DNA of 64,000 bases from Octopus vulgaris (lineage: Eukaryota). How positions within the stretch are numbered: the stretch's first letter is position 1; each line of letters opens with the position of its first letter. Below the pieces are notes generated by a model, which worked only from the letters and a program-made list of their open reading frames with translations, had not been told where the DNA came from and ran no database searches. Below, in pieces: positions 1 to 14,141 of this stretch. The DNA lies in NCBI GenBank assembly GCA_951406725.2, contig OX597815.1, forward strand, positions 12,462,001-12,526,000, in the 5' to 3' direction. The translations under genes and the position numbers were made by a program.

Positions 1-40
<40 letters not shown>

Positions 41-371
41 TATATCCAGACACATATACATACACGTGCATATATATACATGTATGCTCATGCGCATACG
101 GAAATATATTCCTACACGTATATGCGTGTGTTTAAATATACACATACATAGGCGCAGGCACACACGCATTTGCACAGATTTACTCGCATGCGCGCATGCA
201 GGTACTTACGTACACATACATACATACATATACACACAATAACTCATATATATCTGTATATACATACGTGCGTATATATACATACACACACGTACATAAA
301 CATACACACACACACACATATATATGAATATATATTTGATTCAAAATGTGACCGCGTGTGTATCGTTGGCG

Positions 372-555
372 ATTTTTTTTCCTCCGTCTTTCTTTCCTTG
401 GATATTTCCTTTTTCTATGTTTCTGACGAAGAGCTTCGCTCGAAACGTTGAATGTTCCTCCTTTCTTTCTTTTCCCGAGCGTCCAATAACACTATACCTA
501 TTCCACGTCCCCGCGTTGCTGTCTTCTCTTTGTGTTTTCATGTTTGGATTAACTT
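372..555 (+). mobile_element. Short PLE-derived (pLTR-like) repeat carrying a hammerhead motif, embedded in TA/CA microsatellite
   Basis: Contains ctgacga-a-gagc-ttc-gctc-gaaacgtt. A related segment occurs at ~56160-56372 (gaagagc...ctcgaaacgt...ttcc[c/t]gagcgt...aat). PLE origin is inferred from the minimal hammerhead type and the microsatellite context. Confidence 0.5.
418..454 (+). ncRNA. Minimal type I hammerhead ribozyme motif
   Basis: Core CTGACGA at 423-429; stem II gagc/gctc (431-434/438-441); GAAA at 442-445; palindromic acgt stem III; GUU triplet; stem I tgttt/gaatg with G-U wobbles. Confidence 0.65.
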
Positions 556-572
556 TATATACATATACCGAC

Positions 573-623
<51 letters not shown>

Positions 624-1050
624 CATACATACACATTTACACACATATATCCGCTTATATGTCCATATATGTAGCGTTAAATTATTGAGGTTATTAAAGT
701 AAGATTAAATATTAAAATGGAGATAAAGGAAAGTTAAGAAGGGTTGTTAGGGTTTACCTAAGGGTAGTTGTGGATATAACCTGTGTGGTTATTTAGGTTG
801 CATTAAGATTTGTGGTAAAATTTGAAAATATGAAAAAAGCCGTAGTTGCATATACTTAAGGCCTCATTATATTTATTTAGTTGTGTCGAAGAGTTGTGTT
901 TCAATATGTAGGCATAGCATACAGGCTACGCGTTGACCTTGGTATGGAAGCCGTGAATCTATTATGCACCATGACAAAATGTAGGGAACATTTCTAACTT
1001 TGAGTGATGTACGTCCATGGCGAATGTTGTGGAATTAGTGTGTTTCTACA

Positions 1051-1116
<66 letters not shown>

Positions 1117-2039
1117 AACACGCACATTCTTGTCTGATGAAGTCAGCGCGTTTATGACAACCCTGTGTTAAAGTGAGTTACTTTTACGATGGGCGAATTA
1201 TTTTCAGTTTGTCTTCCATGTTACTCACACCCTATGAAGCAAGACGTGAGTGAGCGCGTGAATGACTGTAATAAACCACTACTTAACTAAATAAACACAT
1301 ACTAATTGAATGGACCGTAATATATATTCCTCAGATGCAAGAGCGTGGAAAAAGAATATATATTAATTATAGAGAATCCAATAGAAAGACGCTCGGGTAT
1401 GATGAGGTAATTAGCGCTACTCTTAGATTGTTGAAGACCACGCTACGTAATTTAGTCGATATGTAAGCATTCGTGTGAACCCGCATGCGCGTGTTTGTGT
1501 CTGCGTGTGTGTGTGTGTGTTTGTGTGTGCGTGCGTGTGTAAGTTTCAGATATTCGGAGATTGTATACTATATATTCTGGAATAGAGATAGTTTATTACT
1601 TAAGGCTCCGCTGACACTGTTAGATATATTAGACAGTGCTATCAATTCTGTGGGAGTTGTTTTCATCTCCTCAATGATATTCTAATTAATTTGCTATTTA
1701 ATAATTAACGTTCGATGTACACGCATCAGATTAGATACCCAACGGTATTACTCTATTATGTTCATCAAAACCGAGTATGAGACGAACAGTCTCATTAGGG
1801 GACTAATATCTCACACAGAGATGTCATCTCTTTACACTAAATATGTGCGTCAGTAAGTAATTAGGATACATTTTATTGGAAATAGTAAATCTGCCTGATT
1901 TGTCCCTAAATATAGTAGTGTCAAATGTTTTGGTATAACCATTAATCTTACAAAACCCGTTCTATTGTAATAACGATGTATACCTTGATAATCCTACAAG
2001 CGTATGAGAGATTACTATCTGTGCAGAAGGAAATTTTAG

Positions 2040-2245
2040 TTTCAAATTTTGGCACAAGTCCAGCAGGATCGATGGGGGGCGGCTAGTCGATTATATGGTC
2101 CTTAGTGTTCAAATGGAACTTAATTGATCGATCCTTCAAGAATGAAACCTAAGTAGACTACGGCGGATTTTGAACTAGGAACGTAAATACGGAGGCAGTA
2201 CCGCTAAGCGTTTTGACCTCGTGCTAACGATTCTGCCAGCTCACC
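2040..2245 (-). mobile_element. tRNA-derived SINE family A, diverged copy
   Basis: Reverse complement matches the family head (gagctggcagaatcgttagcac...) and body seen at 3158. Confidence 0.75.
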
Positions 2246-2569
2246 ACAGATGTACAAAAAGAAATATTAAAATCTTTAAATGGGAATGTGATACTTAAGC
2301 GCTGCGGAAATTGTGATGGAACGCCTAAAATCTATTAGTTGAATACATCAACATCACATATTTTAGTCGGTGGCAATAGTACACACCTAATTTGTCGATA
2401 GACAACAAAGAACGCATTTTAGAAAATACAAATTTTATATCACCATAAGTACTAAAACACTTCCGGACCCAGACAAATAAATAAACAATCTCATACGTAC
2501 ACATATATATACACACATACATACACGCATGCATATATGAGCGTGTGTGTTTATTCCTTTTTTTTTACT

Positions 2570-2720
2570 CGTTTTAGTCATTTAATTGTGGCCATGCTGG
2601 AACACCGCTTTTATTAGACGAAATCGACCCCATGAGATATAAATTTTTAAGCCTTGTAATTCTTTCAGTCTCTGTTGCCTGAGTTTCGGGACATAAACAC
2701 ACCAGCATCGCTTATCAAGT
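2570..2720 (-). mobile_element. SINE family B, 3' portion
   Basis: The blocks ggccatgctggaacaccgc and gggacataaacacaccagcatcg are shared with 13019-13200. Confidence 0.7.
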
Positions 2721-3157
2721 GATGGCGAGTGGACGAACATATGCACACACACAAACATGTATATATATATATATATATATATGTATATACATACACACAC
2801 ATATGTGCATACATACATACATAAATACATACATACATACATACACACACATACATACATACATACATACATACATACATACATGCATACATACATACAT
2901 ACATACTTACATGCACAAACATGTGTTGCTATATTAATAGAAATATGACGAATGTAGGGGAATAGATGTTTAAGAGGGCATTTAGTGCCCTTTATATTTA
3001 TTTCGAAAGACATAAAAGGATGGCCATAGAAAAAGTCAATATAACATAATCAACTGTTGTTCTTTGTGTTTAGAATTGTAATGAAATGTCACATCTGATA
3101 TTTTAAAGCATTAAATACTGATAGCTTACAATCCTTGTGATACTGTATAATATTTAA

Positions 3158-3368
3158 GGCGGCGAGCTGACAGAAACGTTAGCACACCAGGCGAAATGTT
3201 TAGCGGTATTTCGTCTGCCTTTACTTCTGAGTTCAAATTCTGCCGAGGTCGACTTTGCCTTTCATCCTATCGGGGTCAAGAAATTAAGTACCAGGTTCGT
3301 ACTTAGGTCGATCTAATCGACTGGCCACTCCCCCAAAGTTTAGATCCTTGTACCTAGAGTAGAAAGGA
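3158..3368 (+). mobile_element. tRNA-derived SINE family A, near full length
   Basis: Head ggcggcgagctgacagaaacgttagc (A-box-like), B-box-like gagttcaaattc, and central gtcgactttgcctttcatcct...gggtc block resembling the Nin/Deu-type SINE domain. About 10 related copies occur in the window. Confidence 0.85.
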
Positions 3369-4371
3369 TATTGTATCGTATCTCCTTTTCTATATAACTG
3401 ATTTCATTAGTTATTATACAATTGTTCCAGTAACAAATATGCGATAATTGGGTTAATTAATAAACAAAATAATATATAAATATAAAAATATACATATAAT
3501 AATTTTCCATGCTCTACTTTTAGGGTGTGACAATGTTCATGAACCCATAAAGATATCTTAGTTACTACACGAAAGTTTGTATGAATGTATTTCACTACAC
3601 GTATACATACGAATACATACATATATACATAACATGCAAGCATAGAAACACACACATATATAAATATATATATATACATACAACGTAAATCGCGAATGTT
3701 TTCGTAAAACCCCGATCACTGCGTTATTTACCTTGAGTGGACTTCATATATGGAAGAATGCTGAATAAAAGTAGGCCTGAATCGTCGGCTACAGACGTCG
3801 AAACTGCCAGATCACGTGATTTTGACGTACTACCCTCTCTTCAGTGGACCACGTCTGGTAACTGCATATTGGCCAAATCTCAGCGATTATGGATCTAGTA
3901 ATAAATCTACTTTAATTTGGTTACAAAGATTGCACTTTGCTGTTAATACTGCTTCTGTCGTTAATGATTATTTTGGAATAAGCCCTTTGGCTATTTGAGA
4001 CATTAGTGACTGAAAAGTCGATGACATTTCATATATCACTAGTGGTTAAATTTGGCTGGTATGCAGCTACCCGATATCTGCCATTGAAGAGATGGGGTAT
4101 GTCGGTATCCAGCAAGCTTGTAGTAGACGATTCATTTTTTACCAGCTATATAAACATGTGTGCTATCATGCACCATGCATCGATATGATAGGTTTTGTCA
4201 AGGTATACAATGCAGCAGCATTCGCTGCTCTAACACTGCTCCCACTACGGTATGCATACTGTTTCACTCACTAATTAATATTCATACATACATAGAAACC
4301 CCCCACACACATACAAACATATGTATATATTTATGGTGTTTTCTGTATGACTCTCTCTTTTTTTTTTTTTG

Positions 4372-4579
4372 CTTGTTTCAGTCATTTTGACTGCGGCCAT
4401 GCTGGTGCACCGCCTTTAATCGAGAAATTCGATCCGGGGACTTATTCTTTTTGTACGCCCAGTACTTATTTTATCGGTATCTTTTGCCGAACCGCTAAGT
4501 GACGGGGACATAAACTCATCAGCATCGGTTGTCAAGCAATGCTAGGGGGAAAAATACAGGCACGCAATCATACACGCAC

Positions 4580-4629
<50 letters not shown>

Positions 4630-4791
4630 GACGGGCTTCTTTCAGTTTCCGACTACCAAATCCACTCACTAGGCTTTGGTCGGCGCGAGGCTATAGTAGA
4701 AGACACTTGCCCAAGGTGCCACGCAATGGGACTGAACCCGGAGCCATGTGGTTGGTAAACAATCTATTTACCACACAGCCACTCCTGCGCC
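4372..4791 (-). mobile_element. tRNA-derived SINE family B (CORE-like) with internal TA/CA microsatellite
   Basis: Minus-strand head ggcgcaggagtggctgtgtggtaa...gggttcagtccc and CORE-like ttgggcaagtgtcttct. Collinear with 13019-13440. Confidence 0.85.
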
Positions 4792-6285
4792 TACTGTAGT
4801 TTAAGGTAACATTTGTCTCTGACGAAGTACCCAAAAGCAACTTGCTGAGGAATATTAGATGTTGTATAAATAAAAGTGATACAGGCTTTCGTTTTAAACG
4901 GATTTTTTTTAATAATATGAATATATCTCATGTAATTTCTTTCATCTATTCGTTCACGACTCTTATTTCACGAAACAGAAGCATACGATTACGTAAACCT
5001 ATAAAAATAACATATAGAATATTTTATATGTAAATTTAATCAGAAATTATAACCAACATAAGTCCTTAAGACAGAATGAATATAATTAATTCTAATTAAA
5101 ATCTCCGTCAATTACAAGCTTGTGAGAGTTTAATAAGAAGCATGATGATATGTGCTTAATTCGATATACCTGTGATTTGGAAGAAAAATACTTAGTAGCT
5201 TCACCACGCATATTGCAGACATTCGCCATTGTAAGTGCTACAGATGCCACCGTCATAAATTGAATGAAACTGGGATTGACTCCTCAGTCAATAACAGCAT
5301 ATCAAAAATTAAATAAATTATATTCCTAATTATGTATGTCAAAAATTACAATTATGATTCATTCCATCATTTTTCAGCTGAAGTGCTACCTTTCAGGTGA
5401 AAATAAACTGAATGTTTGACTTGATATGGTTTAGTGTAGATTGCCGAGTTGAATAATTTTCGTTGGTTAATAGAGTTGTCAAACTAGAATATAGTGTGTC
5501 CTAAAACCCTCTATCACCATATTTGGAGTAGGCCCTTGTGGTTGGATACGAAATAATGTTATAGTTCATAGGATGGAACTTCAGTTATTGGCCTATGTGA
5601 TACTGATCACGCAAACACTCTCGATTCTGCTCGCCGGGTCTGCTAACTTGGTCCACAAAAACATCAATTGCTTCTTGGTTACGCAGAGTGGGCGAGAACC
5701 GAGAACAATTTTCACGACACGCTGTCTTTCGGTGCGATTTTGATTATTCTGTCCATTTAAATTTTAGATGCATCAAGAAACTGATGCGATGTCAAATTAG
5801 TAAAGCATTCCCCCTAATTTACTGTTGGGGATAATTCCACCTGGTTGCAAATATGGATATAAATTCATCTCATTAACCTCGGTAGGTGTTACTCCTGCGC
5901 TATGTATCATGCCAAAGTGGTAGTTTCCTCTTAGGCAACAGCATTTATAGTTTAAGGTTGTAGTCTATTTCTCTTAGTTGTCTAATATTGAGAGGGTGCA
6001 AGTGGCGGTTAAGAGGTTAATCTATAATTTTGAATAAATACCTTACCCACTCTACTGCGTAATACATGAGCTCCTACATTATAATAAATTATGGCAACTC
6101 ATTGAAAAGGCACAAACATATACATTGTATCGCAAACATACAAACATGCACGCACAATAATACTCACACACAAACAAGCACACAAACGCATACATATTCA
6201 AATGAACAGAGATTCTGTGACTAGGAGACAATCCTGTCGATTGGAGGAACATGACACTTCAACATCTAACCGGTATGCCATGTAA

Positions 6286-6469
6286 GGTATTTCATCTGCC
6301 GTTACGTTGTGAGTTCAAATTCCGCCGAGCTCGACTTTGCCTTTCATCCTTTCGGGGCCGATAAATTAAGTATCAGTTACGCACTGGGGTCGATGTAATT
6401 GACTTAATACCTCTGTCTGTTCTTCTTTATCCCCTCTATGTTTAGCCCCTTGTCGGTAATAAAGAAATA
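6286..6469 (+). mobile_element. Headless 184-bp SINE-A monomer with 15-bp target-site duplication
   Basis: The unit ggtatttc...aaagaaata is flanked by ggtatgccatgtaag at 6272-6286 and 6470-6484. Confidence 0.85.
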
Positions 6470-6909
6470 GGTATGCCATGTAAGCCCGAAAGATAATCTA
6501 ATATTTACAAACTATTTAATAAATCACTGCTCCTTTAAGAATGTAACCCCGTGTCCCCTATTAACATGCTCGCGATAAGTCGCGGTATTGTAAGAAAAAC
6601 TGTTATGGAGTGCACACTAGATCCCTACGTCCATCTCTTTCAAATATTTATCCTTTCTTGATAAGTGTCAAAACAGATCTAAAAGTCGTCATTTAAAAAA
6701 TAATTTTATGTTGAAAATTCCAATTAACGGTTACTTGAGTACTGAAGGCAAATATAAATTTTAAACAATATTAGAATTGCTTTATAATCATTACAGGAAT
6801 TGTCTGAGTGTCACTGTGGTGAAATATTGAAAAACTGCATAATATTAGACATATAGATTTATATATATACATACATATCTATGTGTGTGTTTGTATGTCA
6901 GTGTGCGCG

Positions 6910-7047
<138 letters not shown>

Positions 7048-9104
7048 TATATTATATATTTATATGTATGTATGTATAAGAATGTGGAGATGGTGGGAGA
7101 GAGAGAGGGATGGAGACAGAGAGAAAGAAATCGGATATCTTCCACATGACTAAGGAATATAGGATAAACAGGTGTTTCGAAGCAAAATAATGTTTCAGAA
7201 TATACACTAGTCTCAGACAATGGTTAATTACGTCTGGTTGCGTAAATTAAGGAAGGTATATTGGAAAGCCACACAGCCTTGACTATAATACTAGAATCAA
7301 TTTTGGCATCAGTGAAGTGATAAAAAGTAATATTAATGATTGGCAAACATGAAGTTTTAAAATTATAAAGTATGTTTGCAAAATGTACCCCTACACACTC
7401 CACTGGCCCTTAATATTACTTCCTTACGATGAAGATATCCATGATGATGGTGATAAGGAAGATGGCAACGTTGGTGAGGAAAAAATAAGAAGGTGGGATG
7501 TGAAGAAGAAATTGGAGGAGAAGAAATGGTAGTAGTAGTAGTAGTAATAGTAGTAGTAGTAGTAGTAGTAGTAGCAGCAGCAGCAGTAGTAGTGGTACTA
7601 GTAGGTGCAGGGGAGGAAAAGGAGGTAGAGGAGGTGCTAATGACAACGGCGACTAAGATTGTATTCAAACGTTAAGGTACAAAATACTATGAAGGTTTTA
7701 GAAGCACATCTTATAATAATTCTGCTTGTCATTACGTTACTTAGCCCGTCGGTAACGCTTTCATTTGATAAGAGGTAAAGTAGGAGAAAAATAACAAAGA
7801 GGAGAGAGTAAGAAAGAGTGAGAGAGTGGGAAGAAAAAGAGTAAGAAAGAAGCATCCATGACATGATGTAGAGTGAATTGTAACAGTTTCACGTAATTAG
7901 ATGGAGGGAAAGGGAGGAGAATGGAAAAAATGGAGAGAGAAAAGGAGGATAAAGCGAAAAATAAGACAGAAGGAGGGAAAAGAAAAAAGATGGAAAAAGA
8001 AAAAGAGTGTGCGAAAAACTCCATGACGTGAGGTAGGTGAAACGTAATATTACATGGTGAAAAATTTTAGGTGAAGATGGAGGAGGAGAGATGAAAATAT
8101 TATTTTAGCAGAGGGGTGATGCTCTGATGGTGAGTTTAAACAAAGGCAGAAACAGAGAGGTGAGAGAAAAGAGAGGAGGGAGAGAGATAGAGGGGGGAGA
8201 TATGATAATGATGGTGGTGGTGGTGATGGTGAAAGTAGTGGTTCAAATGGAGGTGTTGGTGATTGGATAGTGAAAATCGTATTCTTTTGTAATTGATCTG
8301 GGTTTTTTTTATATCACCTATCATTTAAAACATACACACAAGTGCAATTCCGTGAAATGTTCACACTTATATACGTGACAGACATATGCAATTTCACTAA
8401 AATTTGTATGATATTTTTTTTATTTTATCTAGTTTCAGCTCACGAGCTGTGGCCATGCTGGGGCACCGCCATCTGTATAGGATATTTTTTATTCAGAATG
8501 TGTTTCAGAAGAGTAACTATCATTCCATACAGACTGTCACATTCTACGTTTCCAGGTTATTTCGATAAAGTTTTCAGAAATGGAAGCACACGTTTTCCTA
8601 TACTTGTTGGCTTGTATACGTGTTGTAGCTAAGGAGCTTTAAGATAATTTAGCAAATCCGAAATACCGAATACGTGGGAAGGCAGACAAATCACTAATCA
8701 GTTATTATTACTAAGTTTCATTAGCATATTTGCAAAAGGTTTAAGCGTCATTGTGGTTTCCAGTCACTTGTTGTTTCCACTCCGTGAAAGAGATCTCCGG
8801 GGAACGAAAAAAATGCGTGGACTAACCAAGACTTGTTAATTCTATATGGATGGCTCACGAGGACTAATCTTATGTGGATGACAATTGCTTATACTTGCTC
8901 CTCGGATTTTGATGAAATCCTTTGTGCCCTGCAGAGATATGTCCAGGACAAACCATTTATGAATTATATAAGCTTATATGTTTATCTGTCTCAGATATTT
9001 CACAGCTACTTGGGTAGCTGCTTCGCTATCAAAATGCCTAAATGGCAATCAGCTGTCCATTTCGCAAACAGACACACACATACGCATGCACACGCACACA
9101 TACA

Positions 9105-9144
<40 letters not shown>

Positions 9145-9329
9145 TGTGTGTGTGTTTGTATACATATATACATATACATACATATATAGATACCTATGAA
9201 TAAGTATATATATAAAGAGAGCGCTCGCTCGTTGGCGAGAGAGGGGGTGAAAGAAAGTGATTAATAGATAGATGAATGGATAGATAGATAGATACATTGA
9301 TAGATAGATAGACAGACAGACATACAGAC

Positions 9330-9443
<114 letters not shown>

Positions 9444-10140
9444 GATCACATGAAAGTTATGCGTCAGTTTGGAAAGAAGTCGTTTGTCAAGCAAATGTAA
9501 AACTATTATCACAACATTAGTAACTCGACAAGAATTCATCCTTTGCCTAGTCCATCATTATCTCGCATAATATGTTTAACTCCCCTTCAAGACAGCTTTC
9601 AAGTCATACATCTGCGAATGTTTCAATAGAACAGTTTTAATTCTAGTTCTATAGAAGAGAAAGCAGTGGAAAGTAAATATATTTATCAAAGCTTCGAACG
9701 GAAATAGATGTTCATTTCATTTAAGAGTATCTAAACAAATTATACTGAAAGAGAAATAAGATTAACTTACACAATAGAAGATATAATATTTATCTCTGCA
9801 ATCCCGAACAAATTAGGTTTGTGATTTCTCGAAACTCTTGTGAAGATTGCCGATTTAAATCGGTAACTTTATTATTTGGTATTTCAGTCAACTATGTTGC
9901 CTCTATAATTATGGGTAAAGAAAAAAAAATATTTTGTCATGACCCATCGTCTCTCTATAGATCTGAAGCATTACTATTATTTGCATTACTATTAATTCCA
10001 TACGGACAATAAACACACTAAAAGATGCACAGACAAAAACGAAATAGTGTGTCAGATACCTCGGCTCTAAATGAAAACCATCAACGCTTTAGTTGTATTG
10101 ACTCACACTACATTGCACCCAATTGATCTTTGACAATGAT

Positions 10141-10496
10141 TCATAAGCAACCAAATATATCATTAAATATATAAAAGAAAACATTTACAAATGCATCTAA
10201 AAGCCTTAACAGACTGGAAGCGTTCTTCCATGTCGGATATTTGTGCTTAATAACGCTAGGTAGTACAGCATATAGACAGAAAATAAAGAAGAAAACTATC
10301 ATGGCTCCTGGTATGTGTACATCGTCCCGGATATTGACATGAAATATAATCTCTTCTGCTGTCCAGTATTCTTTACTGATATTTCCAGATAATGACTTTC
10401 TTTTGTGTGTTTGAGTACATGTGATAATTTTGTATAAATATGTGCGAACATTATTAGAATCGATACTGAAATATGATTTGTACACTCAGATGACAA
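10141..10496 (-). pseudogene. Possible decayed class A GPCR, TM5-TM7 remnant
   Basis: ISVSILIMFAHIYTKL (TM5-like, one frame), followed in another frame by AMIVFFFIFCLYAVLP (TM6-like) and SSLLRLLDAFVNVFFYIF (TM7-like). Confidence 0.3.
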
Positions 10497-11439
10497 ATAT
10501 TATAACTAAGACCTGATCCTTTTTAACAGGAATCATGTTTTTCCCCCCGTTTTCGTAATCTTGCAGATCACGTGAAAAAAGATAATTTTAGTGTATTGTA
10601 TTATAAATAAAAGTGTCATCATCAAGGGGTTATATTTCCTGTATTCTGAGTTATAGCATTTCCTGTAAAAACCAAAACATTATAAAGATTTAGGGATCGG
10701 AAATAACTTTTCAGTTCTTAAATATCGGTTGGTGACTTCTTATGTATGACTAACGACAGGAAATTCTCATTGAATGCATGCATCCTTCCTGGTGGAAGCC
10801 GTTATGCAGTTATGTAGAGGCAATTATTCTTCAATCTCTTTCTTTCCATTCTCCCCGTATTCGCAATAATATATAAGCAGAAACTCTCCTGAAAGAATAT
10901 TCAGAACAAAAATACAAAGAGAAGGAGAGGGAGGGGAGAGATAGGGAGAGAAAGTGAGGAAGAGAGAGAGAGAGAGAGAGAGAGGAAGAAAGCATGAGGG
11001 GGAGGATAGAAATGCTAAGACGGAAAGACAGAGTTAGAAAGAGAAAACGAAAGAATACAGAACGTGTATGCTCAAGTTTATAATGCAAACACCAGATGTA
11101 ATTGTTCTCTGGTAGCTTTTAACATCTTCAAACTAGTGTCGCTCATATTTTGCATCAAACAATGTCTAATGAATGCATTTGGAACGCAAAGAGTGCTGTG
11201 TATGTGTTTGTATATATAAACATGTTAGTATACACACATAGACACACACGCATGTAGGTATGTACAAACATACGTACATACATGCATGCATACATACGTA
11301 CATATGTGTATGCATACATACATGCATACACGCATGCATGCTGACATATATACATACATACGTAAACACATTATCCATGCATGCATATATGCAAGCATAC
11401 ATGCATGCTTACATATATACATACATACGCACATACATT

Positions 11440-11850
11440 ATTCTATCAAGATTACAAGTTTAGTTTTATACCTGTAATTGTCGGGCACTGGGATATGTAA
11501 CTCACTGTCTAAATACCAATGTTGAGAAATTGGGCTTCTGGAAACCAGAAAGGAGAAAGCAGACTACAGATGGAAGCCATCAGTGGAACTGTAAAGTATC
11601 TGTAAAGCTTTGCAGAAGTATATAATTTAATTATATACTAGCATGTATATATATGCAAGTATATGAATGAGAAGACATACATAAAATAAAGCCTATAAAT
11701 CTGCACGTATACATACGTACATTCATACAAATACACATACAAAAATGTCCTGTTGATCTTGTTGAAATTCCAATGAAGGACCCTGGAATCTAGTTTAGAA
11801 AACGGTTCTTGCTCTCTTGGCAAAAAATCTTGAAATAAAACGGAATAATG
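11440..11850 (+). mobile_element. RLE-type (R4/Dong-like) LINE, 3' end fragment with 3' UTR
   Basis: tttatacctgtaattgtcgggcactggga encodes FIPVIVGAL-like. The 3' UTR block ttgaaattccaatgaagga...aaatcttgaaataaa is shared with 31770-32245. Confidence 0.65.
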
Positions 11851-12203
11851 TCATACACACATGCCTACATACATATATAAATACACGCATACATATATGC
11901 ATACTCACTCATGCATACATGTATGTACAATATTACATAACGAAGTCCTGTATCCTCGAACGCGGGAGAAGCTTTCGCCGCAGAAATAGTTTTTCCTACC
12001 TCCGTTCTAAGACAAAAGTTTAGACGTAGTCTAGTACGAGGAGGAATGGATACGAAGCAAAAGAAAAGCAAAGATCCATAGAGCGAACAATTGCACACTG
12101 GAGATGAAATAACCCGAGAACGGAGCTGAGTGAATAATATGATCGCAGAATACTGAAAGCATAAGTTTCACAGACTGGTATCTCAGAGATCAGAAAGTTG
12201 CCA

Positions 12204-12285
<82 letters not shown>

Positions 12286-12292
12286 TATAATA

Positions 12293-12850
<558 letters not shown>

Positions 12851-13018
12851 GATATATCCGTTTAAAAATGTTCACGCTAGATCACATATATATTTAGAAA
12901 TTCATACACATACCAAACAATCTATAAGCTACGTATATACAATAAACATATAGACGCCGGTACATGTCTACATGCACATACGAACCTATATCTTTTTTTA
13001 TCGTTTCTTTTATCTTTT

Positions 13019-13218
13019 AATTGTTTCAGTCATTTGACCGCGGCCATGCTGGAGCACCGCCTTTAATCGAGCAACTCGACCCCGGGACTTATTCTTTTTG
13101 TAAGCCTAGTACTTATTCTATCGGTCTCTTTTGCCGGACCGCTAAGTAACGGGGACATAAACACACCAACATCGGTTGTCAAGCAATGCTAGGGGGACAC
13201 ACACAGACACACAAACAA

Positions 13219-13278
<60 letters not shown>

Positions 13279-13440
13279 GACAGGCTTCTTTCAGTTTCCG
13301 TCTACCAAATCCACTCACAAGGCATTGGTCGGCCCGGGGCTATAGCAGAAGACACTTGCCCAAGATGCCACGCAGTGGGACTGAACCCGGAACCATGTGG
13401 TTGGTTAGCAAGCTACTTACCACACAGCCACTCCTGCGCC
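13019..13440 (-). mobile_element. tRNA-derived SINE family B (CORE-like), full length with internal microsatellite
   Basis: Head at 13277-13440, (CA)/(TA) tract at 13197-13276, tail at 13019-13196. Collinear with 4372-4791 and 42110-42497. Confidence 0.88.
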
Positions 13441-13877
13441 TATATATGTAAGACAAATTTATTCAAATGCATATATATGTATGCATGCACACATACGCAC
13501 GCGCACAAAATCTCCTGGTGTGTATTTATACAAGTTAGTTGTTACAGGTGAAAGAAATGGAAATATCAGAGAATAATAAGGGGAGGGAGAAAGAAAAATG
13601 GGAACAGAAGAAACAGTAATAAAAGAAGGAGAAGCAGAAAATTAGAGAGGGTAAGTAGAAAATTGATAGAAGTAGAGAGAGTGAAATGATGGCATTCGAA
13701 CAGTATCTAAAGAAGGTTAGATACTTTGTTCAGGTTACGAAATGTACGCATATAAAAATGCACACATATAATTACATGGGTATCTGCAGAAATATAAATA
13801 TACATACAATTACACGCACATATACACCCGCATACAAATATACAAAGAAATATTTACGCAAATACATTCCCACTTAT

Positions 13878-14109
13878 TACAGTGTCGAATCTAATCTGTG
13901 GAACTGCAACGTCAAAGATAAGACTTGCTTTCCGTTGGAAGGTAAATGTCTTGAAAAAGGAATTGTTTATAGAACCAAAGTGCAAGTAGATGGCTCACAA
14001 GAATTTAAAACATACTCAGGGGCTTCGAAAAATTCATGCAAGACTCGACTCTGTTCCCACCGAAATTCTTTCCAGTACCCCGAGAATAGGACAGCGACTA
14101 GTCTCGCAA
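13878..14109 (+). mobile_element. Penelope-like element GIY-YIG endonuclease fragment (left arm of an inverted repeat)
   Basis: Translates as CNVKDKTCFPLEGKCLEKGIVYRTKV...KTYSGASKNSCKTRLCSHRNSF...ATSLA, matching the PLE pattern CNC..CPL.GKCL...IVY...YIG....FK.R...H..SF. Confidence 0.85.
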
Positions 14110-14141
14110 GGACGACTGTCATTCTCTGTCCCAGACACTCT

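Noticed and set aside
1130-1170. ctgatga followed by a gtca/tgac stem, a possible hammerhead
   Set aside because: The GAAA box and stems I and III are missing.
3158-3245. tRNA-like A and B boxes
   Set aside because: These are the heads of multicopy SINEs, with no complete cloverleaf, so they are not called as tRNA genes.
7363-8324. Thr/Ser/His-rich ORFs resembling mucin or His-rich proteins
   Set aside because: They derive from (GTA)n/(GGT)n and purine-rich low-complexity tracts, with no splice or domain support.
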